Source: an uncultured archaeon (GTDB lineage Archaea; Aenigmatarchaeota; Aenigmatarchaeia; QMZP01; JACQNV01). From it: a DNA stretch of 64,000 nt. Below, in pieces: positions 1 to 9,041 of this stretch. Position 1 is the stretch's first letter. Every line of letters starts with the position of its first letter. The notes under the pieces are model-generated. The model had not been told where the DNA came from and did no database searches. It saw only the letters and a list, made by a program, of their open reading frames with translations. Where the stretch lies: NCBI GenBank assembly GCA_964410585.1, contig CAYPFW010000002.1:96001-160000 (forward strand), written 5' to 3'. A program made the position numbers and the translations under genes.

Positions 1-106
1 AGATCAGCCAACACCAACAAGCCCTCTTATCCTCGGTGTGATAATAGCCGTGATATTGGTTTTATTTTTATTTTTTGTCCTAAAGAGAAAAAAGCAAATT
101 GAATAA
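1..106 (+). CDS. 3' end of a membrane-anchored protein (partial)
   Basis: Open frame from nt 2 reads DQPTPTSPLILGVIIAVILVLFLFFVLKRKKQIE*, a C-terminal TM helix plus basic tail. Confidence 0.75.
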   Translation, partial: DQPTPTSPLILGVIIAVILVLFLFFVLKRKKQIE

Positions 107-191
107 TGTGTGATTGGTTAAATTTTCCTATTAAATCAAGTAGTATATAGCCCCCATAATACCTATATATAGGCTCATATAATAATAGTAT

Positions 192-3100
192 ATGAGGGGC
201 AAGTTTCTTTTACCTATATTTCTACTATTCCTAATCCCGGTAGTCCAATCCCAAACATGTGGAAACAATTTGTGCGAATATAATATTTACGAATTTACAA
301 ACGGTGCTCTCAAAACAATCCCAATTTCACCAACGCAGGCAGCAACAGTATCAATGGCCTATAATTCAACAGACAGCATCATACTTAATGTAAATGGTTT
401 TCCTATAACTCTTTCAAGGGGCTCGGTTTCATCTGTGCCTAATTCATCTGGCTTGCAGACAATTAACATAAGAGTAGAAGACATAGATGACACAGCCAAA
501 ACAGCTAAATTAGCCTTCGGGGAAAATTCCATATCTTGTAGGTCTGATTGCTTTCTAACGCATAGACTAAGGGTTTCTCAAACCCAACTTCCATCGTACA
601 ATTCAAAAATAGATTGTAGTTCAAATACATGCTTTCTTACATGGCAAGATGGAACAATGATTTATGGGAGTGTTTATGGTAATACACCTAGTCAGCCACA
701 GCAATATTTACTCTCAACAAACGTACCAGGTATTAATCTTGAATCAAAAGTAAAAGAGGGTGGAAGTAAGGCACTTATAGTTTGGAGAAATTCCTTTTTT
801 CACCCAAATCTTCGAAGACCATTCAATGATATTTATGGGGTTCTATTTGACGCCAATGGTCCAATTCAATCAGCACCCATAGCAATCTCTAATAGTACAT
901 CGTCACCGTTTTTTAAAAGCTTAGGCAGTTTGGCTTTTGACTCAATTTCTAATTACTGGTTAGTTGCTTGGACAGATGCAAGACCCTTAGAGTGGCAATT
1001 TTCCAATGGAACCAAATCAATAAGATATGATCAGCAGATAATGGGTGCTTTTGTAAACACACAAGGTTCAGTTGGATCAGATGGAAATATTGGAAATCAG
1101 GAAACTGTTCACTCTTTCAATCCAAATTTATTTTTTGATAGGGCATCTGGTCAATACATTCTCTCCTGGTATTCTCCAGGTCAACAAGGCAACGACATAA
1201 AAGTTACAATATTAAACAAGAATGGAATTGCCCTATTGCAAAATTTTGTTTATCAACAGCAAGCAGACCAAGCAAACCCAGTGGTTAAGAAGGGTAATCC
1301 CCATCCCTTGCTTGTATTCGATGATTTAGTTTCTGCAATCCCTAGTGTGTTTGGACAATTCCTTGGCATAAGATACAATCCAACTGGTCCTCTAGTTCCT
1401 GTAAACATTTCATTTTCTAAAGACCAAATAATCAGTGAGCCTGGGTTTGGTCCTGATCTATTTTTCAATTCAAAATCAAATGAATTTGTTCAAGCCTGGT
1501 CGCTGAGCGATAGAATTATACTAAAAAGAATGGATCTAACAGGTGCAGAACTTTCAAGGACAACAATAGAAGGCTATTCCAGACCCTCAATAGGCTATTT
1601 AGAATCAGCAGACAAATATGTGATAGCTGTTGATAGAATAGATAGGCTACCATCTCAAATATATTTGATATTCCTTGACAAAAATTTGAAAGAAGTTTCT
1701 ATATCATCACAGCCAACACCAGCAGTGGGCAGATATACTGCACCAAAAGATGCAGCAACAAAAACATTTTCTGCAACTGATATAGCTGCGAATAGACCTG
1801 TAGTAGATGGCGAAAATTTAACAACAAACACTGTTTTAGTTTTCAAAAATCCTTCAAATCAACCAAAGCTAAAAGTTGGAATAAAGCCTGCTCAAGGTCC
1901 GGTTAATTTGTCAAATGTTGTTATAGAATCAAGTGATACAGCAACAGTTGTAAGAGGTTTGTCTGGTTTAGCAAATGTGGAAACAACACACAGTTTGTTT
2001 TTACAAAACGCAAATAATGGTCTAGGCTTGTTTGTATGTCCAACTGCAACAACACTTCCAGAAGTTGTGCAGACTTGCGCAAACAAAGTTGAGTTCACTT
2101 CAATACCTTCTGTAAATGGTACACTCTCAGTCAATTTCACAGATTCGACAAACTCTACATACCTTGTAGATGGTTTGCAAGGCACAGGAATAGGTTTGAT
2201 CCAATCAACACAAAACATAACTTCCCTGAATGTATCAATAGATGGCAGCAAAGTGGTTGGAGAACCTCTTAATTTTAGAGCAAACTATACCAAAAATTCT
2301 GTGCCAATATCAAATGCTTCTTGTACAATCCTATTTTCAACAGCACCAAATGGCCCTTTCAACATGACAGCCTCTAATAGCACATATGTTTTCAACAGGA
2401 CTTTTGCTGATGCAGGAACATACCAAGCAACAGTAGAGTGCTCAAAAGCAAATGAAACAACAAAAAACCAAATTGAATCTTTCACAATTCTAGCCGGTGT
2501 TGCAAAAGCCCCTGTGGTTTTGTTGCAATCCCCTCAAAACAACTTTAATTCACCTAATAATTCAATCACATTCACATGCTTTGCATCTGATACAGAAAAC
2601 ATAAAAGCAATAGATTTGTTTGCGAACACAGACGGTGCATGGGGATTCAAAAACACACAAACAACACAACCTGTGAAAAACTTCACAGCAACCTTTACCT
2701 TAGACAATGTACCAAATGGCCAATATCAATGGAATTGTAGGGCAGCAAATGATAAAAATGCTCTGGGTTTTGCCCCAGCAAACTTTACATTTTCAGTCAA
2801 TGCTCCAACAATCCCAGATTGTAAAACAACAGACTGGGTATGCAATTCAGAATGGTTCCCAGCAGACGCATCTTGTGAGCCAGGCACAACTCAAACAAGG
2901 GCTTGTCCGCCACCAACAAACTGCAAAAACTCAGATGCAGTAAAACCAACTGACATCGACACAAAAATTTGCTCGAATGTTGCGTGTATAGCCACAGATT
3001 ATCAATGTTTAGCTTGGTCGGAATGTTCTGACAAAGGTCAACAAACAAGATCATGTAGTTTAAAGTCTGGTTTGACATGTTTTGGAAGTCCATCTAAAAC

Positions 3101-3335
3101 AGAAAGCCAAACATGCACACCTCCAGGCAATCCTTTCTTGTTGATAGGAATAGTGATAATAATTGTTTTAGGAGTTGTTGGTGCATTCTTCTACTTCCAT
3201 AGAAAAGCAAAAACAGCCGATGAAGAAGAAACACTATACCAAGAAGAAAACACAGACGAAAGCGGCGAGCCTTCCTATGACCAAGGCGAATATCCACCAG
3301 AAGAAGGTGGAGACGCTGGAGAAGAAGAGAAATAG
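192..3335 (+). CDS. Large cell-surface protein (signal peptide, Ig-like domains, Cys-rich TSP1-like repeats, C-terminal TM, acidic tail)
   Basis: 1047 aa with hydrophobic N-terminus, many NxS/T sites, WSEC..G.QTRSC motifs, and TM LLIGIVIIIVLGVVGAFFYF followed by a Glu-rich tail. Confidence 0.8.
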   Translation: MRGKFLLPIFLLFLIPVVQSQTCGNNLCEYNIYEFTNGALKTIPISPTQAATVSMAYNSTDSIILNVNGFPITLSRGSVSSVPNSSGLQTINIRVEDIDDTAKTAKLAFGENSISCRSDCFLTHRLRVSQTQLPSYNSKIDCSSNTCFLTWQDGTMIYGSVYGNTPSQPQQYLLSTNVPGINLESKVKEGGSKALIVWRNSFFHPNLRRPFNDIYGVLFDANGPIQSAPIAISNSTSSPFFKSLGSLAFDSISNYWLVAWTDARPLEWQFSNGTKSIRYDQQIMGAFVNTQGSVGSDGNIGNQETVHSFNPNLFFDRASGQYILSWYSPGQQGNDIKVTILNKNGIALLQNFVYQQQADQANPVVKKGNPHPLLVFDDLVSAIPSVFGQFLGIRYNPTGPLVPVNISFSKDQIISEPGFGPDLFFNSKSNEFVQAWSLSDRIILKRMDLTGAELSRTTIEGYSRPSIGYLESADKYVIAVDRIDRLPSQIYLIFLDKNLKEVSISSQPTPAVGRYTAPKDAATKTFSATDIAANRPVVDGENLTTNTVLVFKNPSNQPKLKVGIKPAQGPVNLSNVVIESSDTATVVRGLSGLANVETTHSLFLQNANNGLGLFVCPTATTLPEVVQTCANKVEFTSIPSVNGTLSVNFTDSTNSTYLVDGLQGTGIGLIQSTQNITSLNVSIDGSKVVGEPLNFRANYTKNSVPISNASCTILFSTAPNGPFNMTASNSTYVFNRTFADAGTYQATVECSKANETTKNQIESFTILAGVAKAPVVLLQSPQNNFNSPNNSITFTCFASDTENIKAIDLFANTDGAWGFKNTQTTQPVKNFTATFTLDNVPNGQYQWNCRAANDKNALGFAPANFTFSVNAPTIPDCKTTDWVCNSEWFPADASCEPGTTQTRACPPPTNCKNSDAVKPTDIDTKICSNVACIATDYQCLAWSECSDKGQQTRSCSLKSGLTCFGSPSKTESQTCTPPGNPFLLIGIVIIIVLGVVGAFFYFHRKAKTADEEETLYQEENTDESGEPSYDQGEYPPEEGGDAGEEEK

Positions 3336-3354
3336 ATTTCTATCAATTGGGTTT

Positions 3355-3954
3355 TTATTTCTTGAAAAGTTTTTGAATAGATCTGTACATGTCAAGTCTA
3401 ATTTTATAGAAATCAGCAACACTATTATCTATCTTAAAATCTCTGAGCATATCTGCATGTCCGCCTTCATGACTATCTAAAAAAATGTGCCTCTCAAGAT
3501 AGTATTTGAACTCGGGAAGACCCTTTGCTTTCCAGATTTTTGCAGTAAGGATTTTAGTGAATATTCCAGGTAATTCATTTTCACGAGAGACAATAGACAT
3601 AACCCTGGTTTTGTTAGGCAGAGATGTGACCTTTTTGATGTAATCTTCGCCTGCTTTTTTAATATCTGGAAATTTTTCCATTAGTCCATATTTATCAATA
3701 AAATGCCACAGAAATTGAGAGTGATCCCCTGGTTTACTATGTCCTCCAAAAGATAAGTTATTTGTATTCAATTCTTCATCAGCCATTTTTCTAAGCGAGG
3801 AGTTCTTTGGGTTTAGTTTTACTGTTAGTCTTAAAGAATCTGCAAATTCTAGTGCTGAAAATGCAGAAAGAATCATTAGTTTTTGTAAATCTTCCTCTTC
3901 CAAAGATTCCCAATTTAAGCTGAGGATTTCTCTAACTATTGATTTATAATCCAT
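3355..3954 (-). CDS. Heme-oxygenase-like dimetal protein (DUF3050-like)
   Basis: DEE..H and YYLERHIFLD..EGGH motifs. Confidence 0.6.
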   Translation of the reverse strand: MDYKSIVREILSLNWESLEEEDLQKLMILSAFSALEFADSLRLTVKLNPKNSSLRKMADEELNTNNLSFGGHSKPGDHSQFLWHFIDKYGLMEKFPDIKKAGEDYIKKVTSLPNKTRVMSIVSRENELPGIFTKILTAKIWKAKGLPEFKYYLERHIFLDSHEGGHADMLRDFKIDNSVADFYKIRLDMYRSIQKLFKK

Positions 3955-4060
3955 ATGAGAAATAATTACATGTGCCCCTTTTTGAATCTTTTTTAGTTTG
4001 GTTGAGAATAAAAATTAACTAAAACTACAAAATTAAAAAAAATAAAAGAAAAAGAGAATC

Positions 4061-4351
4061 TTATCCAAATAGACTTGCTAATCCTTCAACAGATTCTTCT
4101 TTTGGCTTTTCTTCTTTCTTTTCTTCAGCTTTTGCTGGACCAGCTGCGTGTCCTGATGCTGCAGGTGCTGCTGCTACAACAGCTTGTTTAACTGCTTCTT
4201 CTATGTTTACACCGTTTAATGAAGCAACCAATGCTTTAACCTGTGCAGGGTCTGCTTTTTCTCCAGTAGCTTCAACTACCTTTGAAACATTGTGTTCATT
4301 TAGTTCTTTTCCAGCCGAGTGAAGTAAAAGCACTCCATATACATAGTTCAT
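4061..4351 (-). CDS. rpl12: Ribosomal stalk protein L12/aP1
   Basis: [11 protein letters not shown] start, Ala-rich hinge, EGLASLFG C-terminus. Confidence 0.97.
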   Translation of the reverse strand: MNYVYGVLLLHSAGKELNEHNVSKVVEATGEKADPAQVKALVASLNGVNIEEAVKQAVVAAAPAASGHAAGPAKAEEKKEEKPKEESVEGLASLFG

Positions 4352-4417
4352 ATGTGTCCTCCAAATTTATTGGTTTAATTGGTTCAAACATTTATAAATA
4401 TTAATAGGCTTCCAACA

Positions 4418-5251
4418 TTATTTGTTCAGAGCTTTTTCGAGCGCTGTAGCCTCAGCCTGCGCTTTTGCTAATATTGGTCCTACAGTTTCCTTTGTCAAAT
4501 ATCCAACTTTAACTGCAAGCGCCTGCGCCTCTGAATATCCTTTTGATAAGAATATTTTAATGTTGTCTTCTGTGTAATAGTTTATTTTCACAGATAAGTT
4601 CAAACCTTCTGTGTATGCAAGTTTCAAATCATCCAAATACTTTTCAGCAGGAACAAAGAGTATGTCTTTGTTGTATATCAATCCTTGATCCCATGCAGCA
4701 ACAAGATCCAAACCAATCTCCATTGGCTGTATCCCAAGCTTTGTCATAACTCCAGCAACTTCTGCTGAGAGCACATCGCCTTTTTTCGCAACAACAGAAT
4801 CTTTTTTAACAACAATCTTTCCGTTTTCAACAGCTGCAGTTATCTTTGCTCTTTGAAGCTCTCCAATAGCTGGTCCTGCAGGAAGTGAAGTTGGTCCAGC
4901 TGGCACAACAATATCCTCAGGTGCTACATCGCCTGCATTTGCAAATGCCTTTGACTTTGATTTTTGCATCACAGCTGCAAGCTCAAATGGGTTTGAATTG
5001 CTCAAAAGCAAAGCAGGTTGTCCTGTCATTAAAGGTATCAATCCTTTCAAATCCTTTTTAGATTTTTCCAATGCAATTTTTATCAATCTTCTTTTAACAA
5101 CTCTAACCTTTGCTTTTCCTTTTAGTTTTTGTTTGATATTCATCAAATCCCTTGCAGGAAGCTTGTAGAGGTTAAGTATACCTACAACTGAGTGTTTCTC
5201 AATCTCTTTTCCAACATCTTCAACTGTTTTTACTTTCAATTCATTGACCAT
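4418..5251 (-). CDS. rpl10: Ribosomal protein L10/aP0
   Basis: GDVAPEDIVVPAGPT..PAGP motif; lies between L1 and L12. Confidence 0.96.
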   Translation of the reverse strand: MVNELKVKTVEDVGKEIEKHSVVGILNLYKLPARDLMNIKQKLKGKAKVRVVKRRLIKIALEKSKKDLKGLIPLMTGQPALLLSNSNPFELAAVMQKSKSKAFANAGDVAPEDIVVPAGPTSLPAGPAIGELQRAKITAAVENGKIVVKKDSVVAKKGDVLSAEVAGVMTKLGIQPMEIGLDLVAAWDQGLIYNKDILFVPAEKYLDDLKLAYTEGLNLSVKINYYTEDNIKIFLSKGYSEAQALAVKVGYLTKETVGPILAKAQAEATALEKALNK

Positions 5252-5252
5252 A

Positions 5253-5891
5253 CTACTTCAACTGTGACAAGTCCAGTTTAATCGGTTTTCCCATTGTCAG
5301 TTTTAGATAAGCATTTTTGATATTTGCTATTCCTTTTGGCATTTTGTCTTTTACAAAATGAAGCACAGCATCTGCGTTTTTTGCTATGTCCTCGTCTTTC
5401 ATTTCTTCTGTACCAACCCTAACCTGTATTGTAGGTGTCTCTTTTATTCTGATTTTAATTGTTTTTTTAGCTGCCATGAAAAATGGCTTTAATTCTCCAG
5501 CAGGTGGAACTGGTTTTGGAACCTTATCCCTTGGACCAAGAACAGTACCTAAAGTCTTACCGATAGTAGGCATCAGAGGAGCTTCTCCAAAAAAGAAATC
5601 AACTTGGCTCGCATACTGTTTCAATTTTTTCTTGTCGGATGCAAGGCTACCTAACTCTGCTTTTGTTATAATCAAATCAGCTTTCTCTGCTTTTGCCTTT
5701 GCCTCTAAAACATCAACAAATATACCTATTTTTGGTTCTTTTCCCCTTCCTGCAGGGAGAACAAATTCAGAGCTTATTCTATTTTCTGGTTTCTTCAAAT
5801 CCAAAGCTCTCAAATTAATAATTAGATCAAAAGTCTGATTGAACTTCCTTTTCTTAGAATTCTCTCTTGCTTGTTTTATTTGTTCCATCAT
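5253..5891 (-). CDS. rpl1: Ribosomal protein L1
   Basis: RKFNQTFDLIINL, LGPRDKVP and KLTMG motifs; ATG at 5891/5888 preferred over the TTG at 5912. Confidence 0.96.
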   Translation of the reverse strand: MMEQIKQARENSKKRKFNQTFDLIINLRALDLKKPENRISSEFVLPAGRGKEPKIGIFVDVLEAKAKAEKADLIITKAELGSLASDKKKLKQYASQVDFFFGEAPLMPTIGKTLGTVLGPRDKVPKPVPPAGELKPFFMAAKKTIKIRIKETPTIQVRVGTEEMKDEDIAKNADAVLHFVKDKMPKGIANIKNAYLKLTMGKPIKLDLSQLK

Positions 5892-5996
5892 ATAACGTCG
5901 CCTCAATAGCAACTCCTGCTACTCAGGTAAACCTGTCTCGCAGTAAATCTATAGATTATAGAACCAACGCTTATAAAGCTATGCTGCTTCAAAAAA

Positions 5997-6860
5997 CTAT
6001 TTTATTATGAGTTCAAGTGCTTCGTTTATATTACTTACTTCTACAACATCCAAACCACTTATAGAAGTAGTTTCGCCATCAGGAACATAAAATGTGCTCA
6101 CACCATATCTTTTAGCTGCTTCTGCTTTTGCAGAAACACCACCAACTTTTCCAATATTTCCACTACCTTCAATAGTTCCGGTCATCATAGAATCTGTGTC
6201 CATGTTTTTGTTTTCAAGAGCAGCATACATTGTGACTGTGACAGCTGCACCAGCAGATGGCCCATCTAAAACAACAAGATCTTTGTCTTCGTTTACAAAG
6301 CTGACAGTTATGTCTTTTTTAGACAAATCAATTCCAGTCAGCTGAGAGGCAACCTCAGAAGCTGTTCTAATAGAAGCTGTTGCGCCGCTCTGCAAATCAA
6401 CTCCTTTGATATTCACTGAAAGAATTCCAGTTCCTTTGGAGATCTTAACATTCATTGGAATAACAACACCTGTGCTGTCACTTTTTACACCAACTGCAAA
6501 ATAGTTTTTAATTGTTGGGGTAAGGGCCTCTATCTCATTCTTTGCGACCTCTAAATTAAGCTCCGTTTGTCCAAGTTGCCTGCTTAGGTTTGAAATTTGA
6601 CTTGCCTTTTTAGCTACATCTGTTTGTAAATCAACAATATTGTTTTCTAGTCCATCAATTTTAACATTCAAGTTGTTTATTGTTGAATTTTGTTCGAATA
6701 CAATTCCTCTTAATCCCAAAATTGTTTGAGTTTGGTTATTGATGACATTTGTCTTCTGTACACTGTCTAAATAAAATACAGAAGTAGATAAGCCTAAAGC
6801 AATAATTACAACAACAAAAATCACACGAACATTATCTATTGGTTGTTTGTTTTTCGCCAT
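5997..6860 (-). CDS. Membrane-anchored coiled-coil protein with Lon-type (S16) protease domain
   Basis: N-terminal TM and coiled coil; DGPSAG catalytic Ser; TGTI...VGGV.AK catalytic Lys; no ATPase domain. Confidence 0.88.
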   Translation of the reverse strand: MAKNKQPIDNVRVIFVVVIIALGLSTSVFYLDSVQKTNVINNQTQTILGLRGIVFEQNSTINNLNVKIDGLENNIVDLQTDVAKKASQISNLSRQLGQTELNLEVAKNEIEALTPTIKNYFAVGVKSDSTGVVIPMNVKISKGTGILSVNIKGVDLQSGATASIRTASEVASQLTGIDLSKKDITVSFVNEDKDLVVLDGPSAGAAVTVTMYAALENKNMDTDSMMTGTIEGSGNIGKVGGVSAKAEAAKRYGVSTFYVPDGETTSISGLDVVEVSNINEALELIIK

Positions 6861-6986
6861 GATATCTAATTGATATAAACCATTTATATTTTTTAGCCTT
6901 TAGATGGGCTAGCTTTTATGAAAAAGTAAATACTGAGATAAAAAAATCAATTTGCATTTACCTATTATCCAAACCTTAAGAGACTA

Positions 6987-7550
6987 TCACTTACCTTTCT
7001 TTACTTTCCTTTTCTTTTCCTCTTTTTTAGCTTCAGGAGGAGGCGTTTTTGCAGCTGGTGCTGCAGGTGTCGCAGCTGCTGTTGTAGCAGCAGGTGTTGC
7101 AGCTACAGCATCTTTCTTTTTCTCGCCTGGTTTGACTATTGGCACATTTTCTTCGCCAACATAAACAGCCATGCTTCTAGCTGTTCCAACAATTTGATTA
7201 TAAAAAGAATCTTCATCTGATCCAAATTTAGCCTTTGCTATCTTCCTTGCTTGTTCTGGTTTTAATTTTCCAATCCATCCTTTCCCAGCTTCGCCAGATC
7301 CTTTCGGGACACCAGCTTCTTTTGCAATCAAAGCAGATGCAGGAGGTGTTCCAACATCTATATTGAATGTCTTATCAGAATTAACAGTAACTTTGACAGG
7401 GACTTGCATGCCTTTTAGCTCTGCTGTTTTCTTGTTTATCTCTTCGACAACCTTTCCTATAGGCACACCCAAAGGGCCCAATGCGGGGCCAAGCGGCGGT
7501 GCTGCCGTTGCTTTTCCACCTTCTACAATAACTGAAACAGATTGTCCCAT
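6987..7550 (-). CDS. rpl11: Ribosomal protein L11 with Ala/Pro/Lys C-terminal extension
   Basis: GGKATAAPPLGPALGPLG and GTARSM motifs. Confidence 0.96.
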   Translation of the reverse strand: MGQSVSVIVEGGKATAAPPLGPALGPLGVPIGKVVEEINKKTAELKGMQVPVKVTVNSDKTFNIDVGTPPASALIAKEAGVPKGSGEAGKGWIGKLKPEQARKIAKAKFGSDEDSFYNQIVGTARSMAVYVGEENVPIVKPGEKKKDAVAATPAATTAAATPAAPAAKTPPPEAKKEEKKRKVKKGK

Positions 7551-7664
7551 AATCTAAATAGCCTTTAATCACTATTGTATACCTTTACTATTTATAAGTT
7601 TGTTTTAGAGCAATTCTTTTAGAAATAGAATAAAACTAAAAATAGGAAGAAAAATAAACTTCCT

Positions 7665-8054
7665 TTAAGCTTGTTTTTCAGGTTGTTTGTCTCCAAGTCT
7701 TTCTCTTGTATATCTGCCTAGGTTTGTTACAGCTCTAGTTATTTTTGGATCTTTTAAGCTTGCAGCTATAAGTCTTAGGAGCTCATCTTGTCTATAAGCA
7801 ACATCTCTTAGAGCAGCAGTTTCTGCAGATAGGTCTTTATCAGCACTACCTAAATCTCTTATTTGATCATCATAAGCACCTTGATTAACTTTTCCTCTCA
7901 AAGCAGCGTCTGTTCTGCTTTCAAGTTCTCTGAAAGCACCATCTGCTTGACCTGCTAAAGACTCTAGTGCAGGATAAACACCTTTACCCTTATCTAATTT
8001 TACATATGTCCTTGGCTGTGTGCCTTGAGGAACTTCAGATTGTTTTCTTGCCAT
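7665..8054 (-). CDS. Hypothetical helical/coiled-coil protein
   Basis: About 129 aa ORF with AGGTGA SD before the ATG at 8054 and a TATA-like box at ~8092-8101. Confidence 0.7.
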   Translation of the reverse strand: MARKQSEVPQGTQPRTYVKLDKGKGVYPALESLAGQADGAFRELESRTDAALRGKVNQGAYDDQIRDLGSADKDLSAETAALRDVAYRQDELLRLIAASLKDPKITRAVTNLGRYTRERLGDKQPEKQA

Positions 8055-8137
8055 AAACATCACCTTAAACTACTCTTTAATATACCACTAAGATATATAA
8101 GCTTATTTGTTACTATCCTATAGTTTTAAAAACCTTT

Positions 8138-9040
8138 CTACTTAATGTACCTTCTTCTTGCTTCCTTTACTTTTTGTTGAAGAGCCTCATCACCTAGAGA
8201 TCTGGCAAACGATTCGAATAGATCAAGCATATCTCCCCTGAAATCTGAAGCTTCCACAACTGGCTGAGATGGAGTTGCTGGCTCCTGCTTTGCAGCTTCC
8301 AATTTTTCAAGTGCTTCTGCAACTTCTCCAGCCTTTCTTTCAGCTTTTTCCAAACCTTCATTTACTGTTCTCAATCTTAATTCATATCCTTCAATGGCGC
8401 CTCTGACTCCTGGTTGTGTCTCTGTTCCCTGAAGCTCTAAATCAATTTCTGCAATAGAAGCTCGTGCGTCTTGGAGTTCTTTTCTTAGTCCAGAATTTCC
8501 ATCTTCGCCATACAATTCTAATCTCAATCTCTTGACTTCTTCTGGAACTCCAGTATACCTTCTTAATTCTTCTAAATATCCCCGGACTCTTACAAGCAAT
8601 CCTGGATTTTGCTCGTCTCCGCGAATTATTTTTAGCAGTTCAGTTGCATCTGCATTTAGGCTTTGTAAAGTTTGTGTTTCTGGTTCTACTGCTCCTAAAT
8701 CAACCAAAGGCGCCTCTTTATTTCCCTCTGCTGTCTGTTCTAATTTTTCCAGCCTTTTTTTCAAATCTTCCAAAGCTTCTGGCAAACTTTCATATCCAGC
8801 TGAAAAATCTGCTGGTTTCAATTCTTCTATTTTTGCATCTTCAGGTATTCCAAGAAGCCTGCGAAAAAAACCAATTGGAGCAAGATAGTCTTTAACAGCA
8901 TTTGTTGCATATTCTCTAACTTTACCAGGGAAAATTTGCATCACATCTTTTAAGTATTGGAAAGAAACAAAGTTTGCATTTACGAAATCCTTCACTTGAC
9001 TTCCAGTGACATATTTTGGTTTAGGTTGTTCTTCTGTCAT
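8138..9040 (-). CDS. Hypothetical coiled-coil protein
   Basis: Long E/L/R-rich heptad stretches; ATG at 9040 lies 1 nt after the stop of the upstream ORF. Confidence 0.8.
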   Translation of the reverse strand: MTEEQPKPKYVTGSQVKDFVNANFVSFQYLKDVMQIFPGKVREYATNAVKDYLAPIGFFRRLLGIPEDAKIEELKPADFSAGYESLPEALEDLKKRLEKLEQTAEGNKEAPLVDLGAVEPETQTLQSLNADATELLKIIRGDEQNPGLLVRVRGYLEELRRYTGVPEEVKRLRLELYGEDGNSGLRKELQDARASIAEIDLELQGTETQPGVRGAIEGYELRLRTVNEGLEKAERKAGEVAEALEKLEAAKQEPATPSQPVVEASDFRGDMLDLFESFARSLGDEALQQKVKEARRRYIK

Positions 9041-9041
9041 T

